Origin: an uncultured Actinomycetes bacterium
GTDB lineage: Bacteria; Actinomycetota; Actinomycetes; S36-B12; UBA10799
Direction: 5' to 3'
Assembly (NCBI GenBank): GCA_964627505.1
Contig: CAZVKB010000004.1
Coordinates: 3,295 to 67,294 of the forward strand
DNA: 64,000 bases
Below the pieces are notes generated by a model, which saw nothing but the letters and a program-made list of their open reading frames with translations, was not told where the DNA came from and made no database searches. Positions 37,519-47,460 of the stretch are shown piece after piece (within the stretch, counting starts at the first letter, position 1; every line of letters begins with the position of its first letter). Made by a program: the position numbers and the translations under genes.

Positions 37519-37659
37519 GGCACCATCCTTGTCTCAATCGGCAGTCGGCCCTGTGCGCGACTTGTTGGTGTGGGCAACCTAGCGCAGCGCGCGCAGGATT
37601 TCCGGGCCACACGCGTTTCTCGGGCAAGTGACCTTGCACGCACCGGCTACCGTGCACAG

Positions 37660-38367
37660 ATGGCTGGTCCCGGTGCTCTGCTTGTTCTGACGGCCTACCT
37701 CGCCTGGGGCATCGCCACCAGCCCGCTGCCGATCGCCGGGGTGGCAGTGATGCTGCTCTCCGATCGCGCCAAACGCACGGCAACTGCGTTCACCGCCGCC
37801 TGGTGGATGTGTCAACTCGTGGCTATCTCGGTCTTCGCGGTTGTCGCCCACTACTTGCTGGCGATGCACGTCACAACCGATGAGCGCCGCGCCTTGGCCA
37901 CCGCACTGGCGGTGCTCGGCGTCGCCATGGCCTTCGCAGGTGTCGTCGCAGTTTTGTGGGAACGTTGGCGACCCAACCCGAATTCCGGCGCCCATACCCG
38001 CGCCTTCTTGGCTCGCGCCCAAGTCGCCGGCCCGAGAGATGCAGTGGGGATGGCCTTAGCTACCAGCCTGTTCAACATCACCAATCTGCCGTACTGGGTG
38101 AGCATCGGGCTGTTGATCGAACGCAGTCATGCGGAACTCGCAACTAAGGTGGCGGTTGTCCTCATCACCTCGCTGGTGGCGAGCTCAACATTCTTGGTCA
38201 TCACTGCGGCCGTACTGCTCACCGGAAACCGTCTGCAGCATCGCCTGGAATCGGGAAGGGACTTTCTGGTCCGGCACTCCGGTGGGGTGGTGCCAAGTTT
38301 CTTGATCATCAGCGGACTCGTCCTCATCGTGCTCGCTGGGATGGACCTCGGCTGGTGGCATCTGTGA
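37660..38367 (+). CDS. GAP (Sap-like) family membrane protein
   Basis: Six hydrophobic segments and a GAP-like N-terminus (LAWGIATSPLPIAGV). The start was trimmed to the ATG at 37660. The family call is tentative. Confidence 0.55.
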   Translation: MAGPGALLVLTAYLAWGIATSPLPIAGVAVMLLSDRAKRTATAFTAAWWMCQLVAISVFAVVAHYLLAMHVTTDERRALATALAVLGVAMAFAGVVAVLWERWRPNPNSGAHTRAFLARAQVAGPRDAVGMALATSLFNITNLPYWVSIGLLIERSHAELATKVAVVLITSLVASSTFLVITAAVLLTGNRLQHRLESGRDFLVRHSGGVVPSFLIISGLVLIVLAGMDLGWWHL

Positions 38368-38416
38368 TCCGTCCCCCTTGGTATGAACTCAGCGGCCATG
38401 GGGAACAATAGCCAAC

Positions 38417-39643
38417 ATGCCGCTTGTCACCATCGAACAGCTCAAAGACGTTTTCGGCCGACTCGCCCCTGGGGCCCGGGCAGTCGCATCAGGTAACTTC
38501 GCCACCCCGATGCCCTTGATCTCAGCCCTCGATGAGTCGCTTGAGACCTACACCCTGCACATGCTCAACGCCCATGGCGATTTGCCAGACCGTCCCGGCG
38601 TCACCTTGGAGACTGCGTTTGTGGGCCCTGCCATGCGCAACAAGGCCGGTCTGAGTTATGTCCCCAGCCGACTGTCGATGGTGCCGCTGCTGTATTTCGG
38701 TCCACTGCAACCAGACGTGGTCCTGCTGCACACAACTGTGCCGCGCGATGGCCGCGTGAGTTTGGGGATTGAAGTCAACGTCCTGCCGGCGGCTGTGGAA
38801 GCGGTACGGGCCCGCGGCGGAATCGTCGTCGGCATGATGAACCCTCAGATGCCCTACCTATACGGCGATGCCGAAATGCTCACCGGCCACTTTGACTACC
38901 TGGTTGAAGTTGACACTCCGCTGCCCGCGATCCGTGCCACCGCGCCGGACGAGCGCAGCCGCGCCATCGGGGGCAACGTCGCGGACATGATCGACGACGG
39001 TGCCTGCATGCAGTTGGGTATCGGCGCAGTCCCGGATGCCGTACTGGAGTCCCTGAAGGGGCACCGAGAACTCACCGTGTGGTCGGAAATGATCAGCGAC
39101 GGGGTGCACAGCCTGGAACGCGCTGGCGCATTGAGCAAGAAGCGTCCGATCGTCTCCAGTTTCATCTTTGGTTCCAACGAACTGTACGAGTGGATCGACG
39201 ACAACCACCGGATTCGCATGCTGCGCACCGAGAAGACCAACGATCCGGCGCTGATCGCACGCCATCCTCGGATGACCTCGGTGAACGCCGCCCTGCAAGT
39301 GGACCTGTTCGGTCAAGCCAACGCCAGCTCCATCAAAAACCGCATCTACTCCGGTTTCGGCGGGCAGACCGACTTCATCGTGGGGGCCATGCACGCCCCC
39401 CAAGGGCAGGCCTTCATCGCGCTGTCGTCGATTCATGACAAGTCCGGTTCGTCCAACATCGTGGATGCACTGTCCACCCGCGTCACGAGTTTCCAGCAGA
39501 CCGCGGTGGTCACTGAGCAGGGTGTCGCGCGGTTGTGGGGCTTGAGTCAAGCCGGCCAGGCGCGCGCAATCATCACCCACGCCGCGCATCCCAGCGCCCG
39601 CGACTTTTTGACCCAGCGGGCCGGGGAACTCGGTCTCGGTTAG
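38417..39643 (+). CDS. Acetyl-CoA hydrolase/transferase family protein (4-hydroxybutyrate CoA-transferase-like)
   Basis: GIGAVPDAV and SGFGGQTDF motifs, with typical size. Confidence 0.8.
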   Translation: MPLVTIEQLKDVFGRLAPGARAVASGNFATPMPLISALDESLETYTLHMLNAHGDLPDRPGVTLETAFVGPAMRNKAGLSYVPSRLSMVPLLYFGPLQPDVVLLHTTVPRDGRVSLGIEVNVLPAAVEAVRARGGIVVGMMNPQMPYLYGDAEMLTGHFDYLVEVDTPLPAIRATAPDERSRAIGGNVADMIDDGACMQLGIGAVPDAVLESLKGHRELTVWSEMISDGVHSLERAGALSKKRPIVSSFIFGSNELYEWIDDNHRIRMLRTEKTNDPALIARHPRMTSVNAALQVDLFGQANASSIKNRIYSGFGGQTDFIVGAMHAPQGQAFIALSSIHDKSGSSNIVDALSTRVTSFQQTAVVTEQGVARLWGLSQAGQARAIITHAAHPSARDFLTQRAGELGLG

Positions 39644-39718
39644 GCGATCGTTGCCGCATCACGGCGTGGGAGTGGTTATGGTTACGCCACCGCCATCCGT
39701 GATGTGCAAGGAGTCGCC

Positions 39719-41590
39719 GTGCCACACCGCACCATCAGTCCCCGAGACGTCCCGCATGGGCCGTCCGATGTGCTCGCATCGCCGAGTTTCCAGACTCTGA
39801 TCGACTCCATCGTCGCCGATACCGGTCGGCCTCGGGATTCGGTCAGTGAAGAAGTTCTCGACTGCTTGCAGGAAATGTGTGTGCTGCCCAGCGCGACCAA
39901 CACCTCGCAAGTGGTGTGGAAGCGTCTGAGCCGCTGGATGTCTCGGGCCTACCGGGTGGACGTGGATGATGCCGGTCTGCGCGACTTGCGGGAGCTCGGC
40001 AAAGACGCATCGTTAATCTTTCTGCCCAATCACAAGTCCTATCTGGACCCGATCATTCTGCGTTCGACGCTGGCGAAGCACGGCTTCCCCGGCAACTACG
40101 TGCTCGGCGGTGACAACCTCGCGTTCTGGCCGATGGCGCCGCTGGCCCGGCGCAACGGGATCGTGTTCATCCGACGCGAGTTCAAAGAAGCCGCCATCTA
40201 CAAAGCCACGTTGCGGACGTATCTGGCCTTTCTCTTGGCCAACCAGGCCAACCTTGAGTGGTACATCGAAGGCGGCCGCTCACGCACCGGAAAGCTGCGT
40301 CCCCCGCGCTACGGCATCCTGAGTTATGTGGTGGACGCTTTCCAGGCTGCTGGCGACGAGCGGGCTTACTGCGTACCCGTGTCGATCACTTACGACCAGC
40401 AGCACGAGATCGGCGCCATCTCTGCGGAAGAGCTCGGGGCGTCCAAGTCTCCCGAGAGCGTGAAGTGGCTGGTGCAATACGCCCGCGATCAATCGCGCAC
40501 CCTGGGCCGCGTACACCTGCGCTTCGGCGAGCCACTGTCGATCGGTGCGGCGATGGAGCAGGCGCGAGCCGTCGAGCAGGAAAAAGCGGCCGATCGTGGT
40601 GACGTCGAGGTAGTGGACCTCGACCGCTACGCCGTACCGAAGATCGCCTTCGAGGTGTGCTATCGGATCAATCAGGTGACGCCGATTACCCCGACCTCGC
40701 TGGTGACGTTCGCGTTGCTCGACAACGACGACCGGGCGCTCACCCAAGCCGAGGGCCGCGCCGTTGCCGATCCACTGTTGGAGTACATCAACAAGCGTGG
40801 CCTACCGCTGACGTCCGACGTGGACTTGTCGGAAAGCGGTGGTATTCGACGGGCCAGTACGCGGCTGATCCGCGAGGGGGTGATCGAAAAGTACACCGGC
40901 GGTACCGAACCGGTGTACTCGATCAACCCGGACCGGATGCACGAGGCTGGCTTCTACCGCAATTCCATCGCGCATCACTTCATCACACGTGCGATGGTCG
41001 AAGTGGCCATCGTCGCAGTGGCCACCCACGGTGCTGACGACGTGGCCAACGCGGTATGGCAGCAGGTCAAGCGACTCGAGGATTTGCTCAAGTACGAGTT
41101 CTTTTTCCCGGCCCGGGCCGAGTTGGCCGCTGACGTGGCCGCCGATGTGGCGCTCGTCGCCCCGGAATGGGAACAGGAGAACTTGCAGTCGGACACCCTG
41201 TTGGACCGTCTGCGTGAGACTCCATTGCATGTGGCCCACCGCACGATTGGCCCCTTCTTGGAGGCATACAAGGTAGTAGCGGTGCTCCTGGCAGAGCGCG
41301 CACCGAGCCGCCCGTTGGACCGCAATGAGTTCCTCAACGAGTGCATCGGCGTGGCCCGGCAGTGGTGGCTACAACGCAATCTGCACTCCCCGGAGTCAAT
41401 CTCCAAGAACCTGTTCTCCGGTGCCTACCAGTTGGCGGAGAACCGGGGCCTCACCGGCACCGGGGACGAAGAACTCACCGGCCGCCGGAAAGCCTTCGCC
41501 GACGAACTCAGCGAAGTTGTGCACTATGTGCAGTTGGTCCGGGAGATGGCCAACGATCAAGAAGGTCTTTCGAGAGGAGTTCGCGCATGA
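39719..41590 (+). CDS. Glycerol-3-phosphate acyltransferase, PlsB-like
   Basis: HX4D acyltransferase motif FLPNHKSYLDP, FIRR, and EGGRSRTGK. GTG at 39719 has AAGGAG 5 nt upstream; an alternative ATG lies at 39704. Confidence 0.75.
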   Translation: MPHRTISPRDVPHGPSDVLASPSFQTLIDSIVADTGRPRDSVSEEVLDCLQEMCVLPSATNTSQVVWKRLSRWMSRAYRVDVDDAGLRDLRELGKDASLIFLPNHKSYLDPIILRSTLAKHGFPGNYVLGGDNLAFWPMAPLARRNGIVFIRREFKEAAIYKATLRTYLAFLLANQANLEWYIEGGRSRTGKLRPPRYGILSYVVDAFQAAGDERAYCVPVSITYDQQHEIGAISAEELGASKSPESVKWLVQYARDQSRTLGRVHLRFGEPLSIGAAMEQARAVEQEKAADRGDVEVVDLDRYAVPKIAFEVCYRINQVTPITPTSLVTFALLDNDDRALTQAEGRAVADPLLEYINKRGLPLTSDVDLSESGGIRRASTRLIREGVIEKYTGGTEPVYSINPDRMHEAGFYRNSIAHHFITRAMVEVAIVAVATHGADDVANAVWQQVKRLEDLLKYEFFFPARAELAADVAADVALVAPEWEQENLQSDTLLDRLRETPLHVAHRTIGPFLEAYKVVAVLLAERAPSRPLDRNEFLNECIGVARQWWLQRNLHSPESISKNLFSGAYQLAENRGLTGTGDEELTGRRKAFADELSEVVHYVQLVREMANDQEGLSRGVRA

Positions 41591-43041
41591 GCGATCTGGG
41601 ATGGTTGCTCGAAGACGTTGCCCGCAGTCCGGACGGTCCGCAGGTGGCGGCATTCTTCGACTTCGACGGCACGCTGATCGATGGCTACTCCGCGCGCGCT
41701 TTCTTCTCGGAGCGGTTGAAGAATCGCGATATCGGTTTCCGCGAGTTGCTGCGTACCGTGGTGGAAAGCGCCAACGTGGAGCGCCGCGGTGCGGATATCA
41801 CGCGGTTGATGAACACCGCGGTCAAGGCGCTCGCCGGCCGGACCCAGGCGGACATCGACGCCGCGGGCGATGACCTGTACACCAAAAAGATTGCCGACAT
41901 GGTCTTCCCGGGTGCCCGCGCACTGGTGAGTGCGCATGTGGATAAGGGCCACACGATTGTGATCGCCTCGTCGGCCACGCCCCCGCAGATCGTGCCGGCA
42001 GCCCGGGCCTTGGGAATCACCCATGTCTTGGCCACTGAGTTCGAAGTCGATGACGACGGTGTGCTCACCGGCCGCGTCGCCGGCGATATTCGCTGGGGTA
42101 CCGGTAAAGCCGCTGCGGTGGCGGAATTCGCTGAGGACCATGGGGTTGACCTCACTGAGTCGTTCGCCTACAGCAACGGCGCCGAAGATGTGCCCATGTT
42201 GAAGGTGGTGGGCCGACCCCGTCCGCTGAACCCGGACGAGAAACTCCAGGACATCGCGAATGAACGCGGGTGGCCGACGTCGCGGCTGTTCCGACCGAAA
42301 TCCATCGGCCCGCTCGATATCGCCCGGACCATGCTCTCCTACAGCGCACTCGGCGTGGGCGTGGCGCTGGGTTCCACGACCGCGTTGGCCAACGGGAGTC
42401 GGCGCGCTGGGGCAAACCTGGCTGCTGGTGTGGGTTCCGACTTGGCACTGGCTGCCGGGGGCGTGAATCTCAACGTGCTGGGGCGCGAACACCTGTGGTC
42501 GGCCCGGCCCGCGGTTTTCATCTTCAACCATCAGAGCCAACTCGATGTGCTGATCTTGGGCGCGCTCTTGCGGCAGGACTTCACCGGGGTCGCCAAGATC
42601 GACCTGTCCCATGATCCGCTGTTCGCCCCGGTCGGGTACCTCATGGACATCGCCTACATCGACCGCGGCAACACCGAGCAAGCCAAACAGGCCCTCGCGC
42701 CGGTGGTGGCGGCCCTGCACGGCGGGCGCTCGATTGCCATCGCGCCAGAAGGCACTCGTTCGAGTTCGGACCGGATCCTGCCGTTCAAAAAGGGCGCGTT
42801 CCATATCGCTATCCAGGCCGGTGTGCCGATCGTGCCGATCGTGATCCGCAACGCCGGTGAGCTGATGCGCCCGCACGCGATCTTCATGGCTCCTGGCCGT
42901 TTGGATGTGCGGGTGCTCCCACCCATCGACCCCTCCGGCTGGACACCCGACATGCTCGACGACAAAGTGTCCGAAGTGCGCCAGCTCTACATCGATGCCA
43001 TGGCCAGTTGGCCGCGCTACATCGAACCTGTTGATGAGTGA
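41587..43041 (+). CDS. HAD-IB hydrolase / 1-acyl-sn-glycerol-3-phosphate acyltransferase (PlsC) fusion
   Basis: HAD motif FFDFDGTLIDG. PlsC motifs FIFNHQSQLD and IAPEGTRS. The ATGA overlap couples it to the plsB-like gene. Confidence 0.8.
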   Translation: MSDLGWLLEDVARSPDGPQVAAFFDFDGTLIDGYSARAFFSERLKNRDIGFRELLRTVVESANVERRGADITRLMNTAVKALAGRTQADIDAAGDDLYTKKIADMVFPGARALVSAHVDKGHTIVIASSATPPQIVPAARALGITHVLATEFEVDDDGVLTGRVAGDIRWGTGKAAAVAEFAEDHGVDLTESFAYSNGAEDVPMLKVVGRPRPLNPDEKLQDIANERGWPTSRLFRPKSIGPLDIARTMLSYSALGVGVALGSTTALANGSRRAGANLAAGVGSDLALAAGGVNLNVLGREHLWSARPAVFIFNHQSQLDVLILGALLRQDFTGVAKIDLSHDPLFAPVGYLMDIAYIDRGNTEQAKQALAPVVAALHGGRSIAIAPEGTRSSSDRILPFKKGAFHIAIQAGVPIVPIVIRNAGELMRPHAIFMAPGRLDVRVLPPIDPSGWTPDMLDDKVSEVRQLYIDAMASWPRYIEPVDE

Positions 43042-43612
43042 GAATGACCACCCGCTGACTGCGGCAGTTGCTTCCGATCGACTCAACTCGCCAATCGTGG
43101 TGGTGCCACTGACGCCTGACTGGTTCCCAGCCCTGCGCGCGTGCGCAACCGCGGTCTGGCACGCCGCCTACGATGACCTGCTGCCGCCCGGTCAGGTGGA
43201 CCACATGCTGGCCAACCGGTTACGGGCCGAGGCCCTCGAGAGCTATCTCGCGGCGGCGGACCGCTGGCTGGATCTGGCGCTCGGCGCCGACCATTCCGTG
43301 ATCGGCTACAGCTCGTGCCGGTTGGTACCGGAGGACGGGATGCTGCTGCTCGAGCAGATCTATGTGCATCCCGACTATTGGGGCGGGACTGCGGCAGATG
43401 CCTTGTGGAGCGTGGTGCGACAGCACGCGTGCGACAGTGGTTGCACGACGATCCAACTGCGGGTGAATAGGGGAAACTCCCGAGCGCAGCGCTACTACCG
43501 GAAACGCGGCTTCACTGTGACTGGGGAAATCGTGCAAGACATCGGCGGCGGATATGTGATGGACGACTACATCTTCACCGCGCCCGTGCAGACAGAACGC
43601 GCTCCGGCCTAG
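43034..43612 (+). CDS. GNAT family N-acetyltransferase
   Basis: QLRVNRGNSRAQRYYRKRGF acetyl-CoA-binding-type motif. Overlaps the upstream gene by 8 nt. Confidence 0.75.
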   Translation: MSENDHPLTAAVASDRLNSPIVVVPLTPDWFPALRACATAVWHAAYDDLLPPGQVDHMLANRLRAEALESYLAAADRWLDLALGADHSVIGYSSCRLVPEDGMLLLEQIYVHPDYWGGTAADALWSVVRQHACDSGCTTIQLRVNRGNSRAQRYYRKRGFTVTGEIVQDIGGGYVMDDYIFTAPVQTERAPA

Positions 43613-43635
43613 TCCGCTGACCGGACCACCAACCG

Positions 43636-44277
43636 CTAGCCGGCCCAAGCCACGGGCCCGGCGCCTTGTTCAGCAAGCAGAGCGTTGGTCCGGCTAAACG
43701 GTGCCGACCCGAAAAAACCGCGATGCGCCGACAGCGGACTCGGGTGCACACTGGTGATCGTGGGCACCCCTGCCAACAGCGGCTGCAACGTCTGGGCGTC
43801 CCGTCCCCACAAGATGGCCACGAGTGGGCCGCCGCGCGCCGAAAGCGCGGAGACGGCGGCAGCGGTGATGGCCTCCCAACCCTTGCCGCGGTGTGAGCCG
43901 GACGCCCCTGGACGCACGGTGAGCACCCGGTTGAGCAAGAGCACGCCCTGCTCGGACCATACGGCTAGATCCGACGGCAGCTCCACCCCGACGTCGCTGC
44001 GTAGTTCCTTGCCGATGTTCACCAACGTCGGTGGCAGCGGGGTGGTGCCCGGCGGCACGGCGAACGACAGTCCAACGGCATGTCCCGGCGTCGGGTAAGG
44101 ATCTTGACCCACAATCAGGACCTTGACGTCGGACATCGGCACACGCAGCGCCCGAAAGACGTTGGTACCCGTCGGCTGATAGCCGCGTCCGGCCACAACT
44201 TCGGCGCGGAGAAAATCGCCCATCGCCCGGATTGCCGGCTCGTGCGGGGCCAACGCGTCCGCCCACGATGACGCCAT
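43636..44277 (-). CDS. ung: Uracil-DNA glycosylase, family 1
   Basis: GQDPYP water-activating loop, a GVLLLN motif and VHPSPLSA. The start was trimmed to the ATG at 44277. Confidence 0.9.
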   Translation of the reverse strand: MASSWADALAPHEPAIRAMGDFLRAEVVAGRGYQPTGTNVFRALRVPMSDVKVLIVGQDPYPTPGHAVGLSFAVPPGTTPLPPTLVNIGKELRSDVGVELPSDLAVWSEQGVLLLNRVLTVRPGASGSHRGKGWEAITAAAVSALSARGGPLVAILWGRDAQTLQPLLAGVPTITSVHPSPLSAHRGFFGSAPFSRTNALLAEQGAGPVAWAG

Positions 44278-44312
44278 CACAGTGGACAGGGGCGGAGGGG
44301 CTGGGGACCCGC

Positions 44313-45197
44313 TCACCCGAGCTCCGCAACCAAACGCCAAAGGTGACCGGGGCCAATCAGCCCGGCACACCGATCGGCCACACGCGCACGCAGTTCGGCA
44401 TCGGCGGTGACCACGATGTCGTCCGGGCCGACACTTGCGACGATGGCATCATCTGCGCTGCCCCGGGCGGCTGTAACCAATACCGCTGGATGTGGACTGG
44501 CAGTGCTGCGACCCGCACCTTCCACAACCGCTCTGATCATGCCGACGAGTGCGCCGTCCACCGTGGCCCGCCCGACCAGCGGCGCAATGTCGTCAACCGT
44601 GCGCTGTGCACCCAACGCCCGATCCCGCCACCAACCATCGGGCCGGGAGCCCATCACGTTGGCGACATCCACCACCAGCGACACCCGTCGGCCGGTGAGG
44701 CTCGGCCATGCCGCCCGCAGCCCGGGGTGCAACGGCAGATCTGACGCGGCGGCGATCGGCAACCAGGCGGCGGCCGTACTCTCCGCGTTGATCACTGGGG
44801 CTACTTGTTCCCGGGTGCGCATGATCACTGTGGTGTAGGACCATGTGCCATGTTCGGCCCGATGCACGCCCAAGAGTGTGGCGGGCGCCTGCACACCAGT
44901 TTCCTCTTGGGTTTCCCGGATCGCTGCGGTCACCACATCCTCATGGCTGTCGCAGGCGCCGCCGGGCAGACCCCAAGTGCCACCTTCGTGCGACCACTGG
45001 GCCCGGTGCTGCATCAGAATTTGTGCATCGGCGGGTAACGGACCTGACGTGACTGTGGTCGTTTTGCCGCCAGCGATCAGCAACAATCCGGCGGCACCGT
45101 AGCGCCCCCAGTGCCGCTGTCCGCACGCGCACTCCACCCAGCCGTTACCGTCGGAGACTGCCACTCGCCAACCGTATCCCCTCTCCGGCACCCGCAC
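44313..45197 (-). CDS. NUDIX hydrolase fused to a C-terminal YacP-like NYN domain
   Basis: NUDIX box [26 protein letters not shown]. The C-terminal half has VVDVANVMG...DGWW...[14 protein letters not shown]...VVTADAELR, resembling NYN_YacP. Confidence 0.75.
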   Translation of the reverse strand: MRVPERGYGWRVAVSDGNGWVECACGQRHWGRYGAAGLLLIAGGKTTTVTSGPLPADAQILMQHRAQWSHEGGTWGLPGGACDSHEDVVTAAIRETQEETGVQAPATLLGVHRAEHGTWSYTTVIMRTREQVAPVINAESTAAAWLPIAAASDLPLHPGLRAAWPSLTGRRVSLVVDVANVMGSRPDGWWRDRALGAQRTVDDIAPLVGRATVDGALVGMIRAVVEGAGRSTASPHPAVLVTAARGSADDAIVASVGPDDIVVTADAELRARVADRCAGLIGPGHLWRLVAELG

Positions 45198-45244
45198 CTG
45201 ATCCCGGTTAGGGTCAAGGTATCCCCAGCCCGGAAAGGCCGCAC

Positions 45245-46621
45245 ATGGATCCCCGCATGGCCCCGTTCGACGCCGTGATGTTCGATGTCGAGACCGATCC
45301 GATTCTGCGCTCGGTGATCACCTCGGTGGTGGTGCTCGACAGTACGCCGGATCCGGCGCGTCTGCGCTTTCGGGTGGACCGGTTAACACGGCTGTTGCCC
45401 AAGTTGCGCCAACGAGTGGTCGGCCATGGGCTCTCGCCGATCCCGCCACGGTGGGAGACCGTCGCCGACTTCGACCTGGACTATCACCTCCAGCAGGTCA
45501 CTTTGCCCAACGGCAGCCTCAATGATCTGCTCGACCGGCTGGCGCTGTGGTCCGAGGCAGACTTCGATCATGCCCGGCCGCTGTGGGGGATCACCACCTA
45601 CGACGGGCTCGATGGTGGCCGAAGCGCAGTGGCGATCAAGATCCACCACTCCATCACGGACGGCGTGGGCGGCATGATGCTGGCAGCCGCGCTGTTCGAT
45701 GTGACTGCGACAGCGCCCGATCCCACCGATTTGCCTGCGCCTCCCGAACCGACCGCGCCGAGTTGGCGAGACCGATTTGTCGGGGCGACGCGGTTCGAAG
45801 CCAGATCGCTGCTTGGCGATGCGGCCGGGGCGTTGCGTGCCACGGCTGATGCGGGGAGGGCAGCGCTGGCGGATCCTTTCGGTAGCGTGCTGATGACACA
45901 GGAGTTCCTGGGTAGCGCGGGGCGAATTCTAGCGCCGGCGGATCAACCGATGTCGCCCCTGCTCACCCAGCGTTCGTTGGCCTTGTACTTCTCTGAGTTA
46001 TCGGTGGATCTCGGAGATCTCAAGGCGGCGGGGAAGGCGGCAGGGGGCAGTCTCAACGATGCTTTTGTGGCAGCAGTGGTGGGCGGCATGCGCGATTACC
46101 ACGAACGTTTCGGCGAGATTCCCCCGACGCTGCGGCTGCACATGCCGATCAACCTGCGTAGTGCCGATGACGCCGAGTCCGGCAACAAGTGGATTCCCGC
46201 GCGTTTTCCCGTGCCCCTCAACGAAGCTGATGCAGCACGTCGGATTCGACAACTGCACCCCTTATTGGCGCAAGCTCGCAACGAACCGGCGCTCGGCGTC
46301 AGCGAACAGGTGTACAAGGTGCTGATGACCTTGCCCAACAACGTGACCACCAAGATCGCCGGCGGTCTGATGAAGGGGACAGACTTCGTAGCGTCAAACG
46401 TGCCGGGGCCGCCGATCCCGGTGTTCTTGGTGGGAGCCCGGGTGCAGCGATTCCTGGCGTTCGCACCCAAAGGCGGGGCAGCGGTGAATGTCGCGCTGAT
46501 GTCGTACAACGGTCGGGCCGATGTCGGCATCAACATCGACCGGGTGGCAGTGGCCCACCCCGAGGTACTTTCCGAATGTTTCGCCGCGTCGTTCCAAGCC
46601 GTGGTGGCCACGGTCGCATAG
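45245..46621 (+). CDS. Wax ester synthase / diacylglycerol acyltransferase (WS/DGAT) family
   Basis: Catalytic HHSITDG motif and the C-terminal NVPGP motif, with typical length. Confidence 0.85.
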   Translation: MDPRMAPFDAVMFDVETDPILRSVITSVVVLDSTPDPARLRFRVDRLTRLLPKLRQRVVGHGLSPIPPRWETVADFDLDYHLQQVTLPNGSLNDLLDRLALWSEADFDHARPLWGITTYDGLDGGRSAVAIKIHHSITDGVGGMMLAAALFDVTATAPDPTDLPAPPEPTAPSWRDRFVGATRFEARSLLGDAAGALRATADAGRAALADPFGSVLMTQEFLGSAGRILAPADQPMSPLLTQRSLALYFSELSVDLGDLKAAGKAAGGSLNDAFVAAVVGGMRDYHERFGEIPPTLRLHMPINLRSADDAESGNKWIPARFPVPLNEADAARRIRQLHPLLAQARNEPALGVSEQVYKVLMTLPNNVTTKIAGGLMKGTDFVASNVPGPPIPVFLVGARVQRFLAFAPKGGAAVNVALMSYNGRADVGINIDRVAVAHPEVLSECFAASFQAVVATVA

Positions 46622-46626
46622 CGACG

Positions 46627-47460
46627 TCACCGCGGGCGGTAGCGCTGCCAGGCCGAGTTCCACGCGGAGCGAGAGGTGCGCGTCACGCGATCCCATTGCT
46701 CGCCCACTTGCTCGCTTAGTTGGTTTCCGAAGTGTTCCGGAACATGCTCGGTGAGAAAGTCGGGTAAGACAGTGCGCATGCGGGCGGCTCGGCGCCGCCG
46801 ACTTGCCGCAGCGGCCGCCACCCTTGCCCGCGCCGCCGCTTCCGGGTCGATCGCAAATGTGGCCGCTCGCAGTTCGGCAATGCCGTGCACGGGCACTCCG
46901 GAGGTTTCCAGCGCCAGCGCGTTGGTGAGGAGCACCGGGCGGTCGCCCAATGCCGGCAACATCAGCGCGTCCATGCGGCGGGCGAAGGCCACCGCCTCCC
47001 GCGCCCGCCGACCAGCGAGATTCGCCGGGACCTGGGTCACCACGAGCACCACCGGCAGTCGCTCGGCGACATCGGCCAACAGCGACATCTGGGCATCAGT
47101 GAGATCCCCGGTTCCCCAGCGCAGCACGAACCACGCGCTGTGCAACTGATCAGAGCTGCCGAATGTGTCGGTTGCGGCGAGGTGCGCATCTAACGCTTCC
47201 CACACTTCTACAGGCACGCCGATCCCGGGCCCGGATGCTGGTGCGGCGCCCGGCAACGGGGTGGTCCGCATCACTTGCAACTCCACGACATCATCGGGGT
47301 CGCGCAACACCTGGGCTCCCGGCAAAACTGCTGGTCCAAGTGCGGCCGCGACCGGTTCCGCGGCGAAGCAGGTCCGCGCCAGAGTGCGGACTCCGCAACC
47401 GGGCGGGCCAAACACCACCACGTTGAAGCGACCGCGCTCGGCGGAGACAGGAGTCGTCAT
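46627..47460 (-). CDS. Hypothetical protein with a degenerate P-loop (GTPase-like fold suspected)
   Basis: VVVFGPPGCGVRT at the N-terminus, with no Lys at the Walker A position. Arg-rich C-terminal helix. The start overlaps the stop of the upstream hydrolase gene (ATGA). Confidence 0.5.
   Translation of the reverse strand: MTTPVSAERGRFNVVVFGPPGCGVRTLARTCFAAEPVAAALGPAVLPGAQVLRDPDDVVELQVMRTTPLPGAAPASGPGIGVPVEVWEALDAHLAATDTFGSSDQLHSAWFVLRWGTGDLTDAQMSLLADVAERLPVVLVVTQVPANLAGRRAREAVAFARRMDALMLPALGDRPVLLTNALALETSGVPVHGIAELRAATFAIDPEAAARARVAAAAASRRRRAARMRTVLPDFLTEHVPEHFGNQLSEQVGEQWDRVTRTSRSAWNSAWQRYRPR

Noticed and set aside
41557-43086. A 509-aa minus-strand ORF
   Set aside because: It is antisense to the HAD/PlsC fusion gene, which has DxDxT and HX4D motifs. 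It has no motifs of its own and a shadow-ORF composition.
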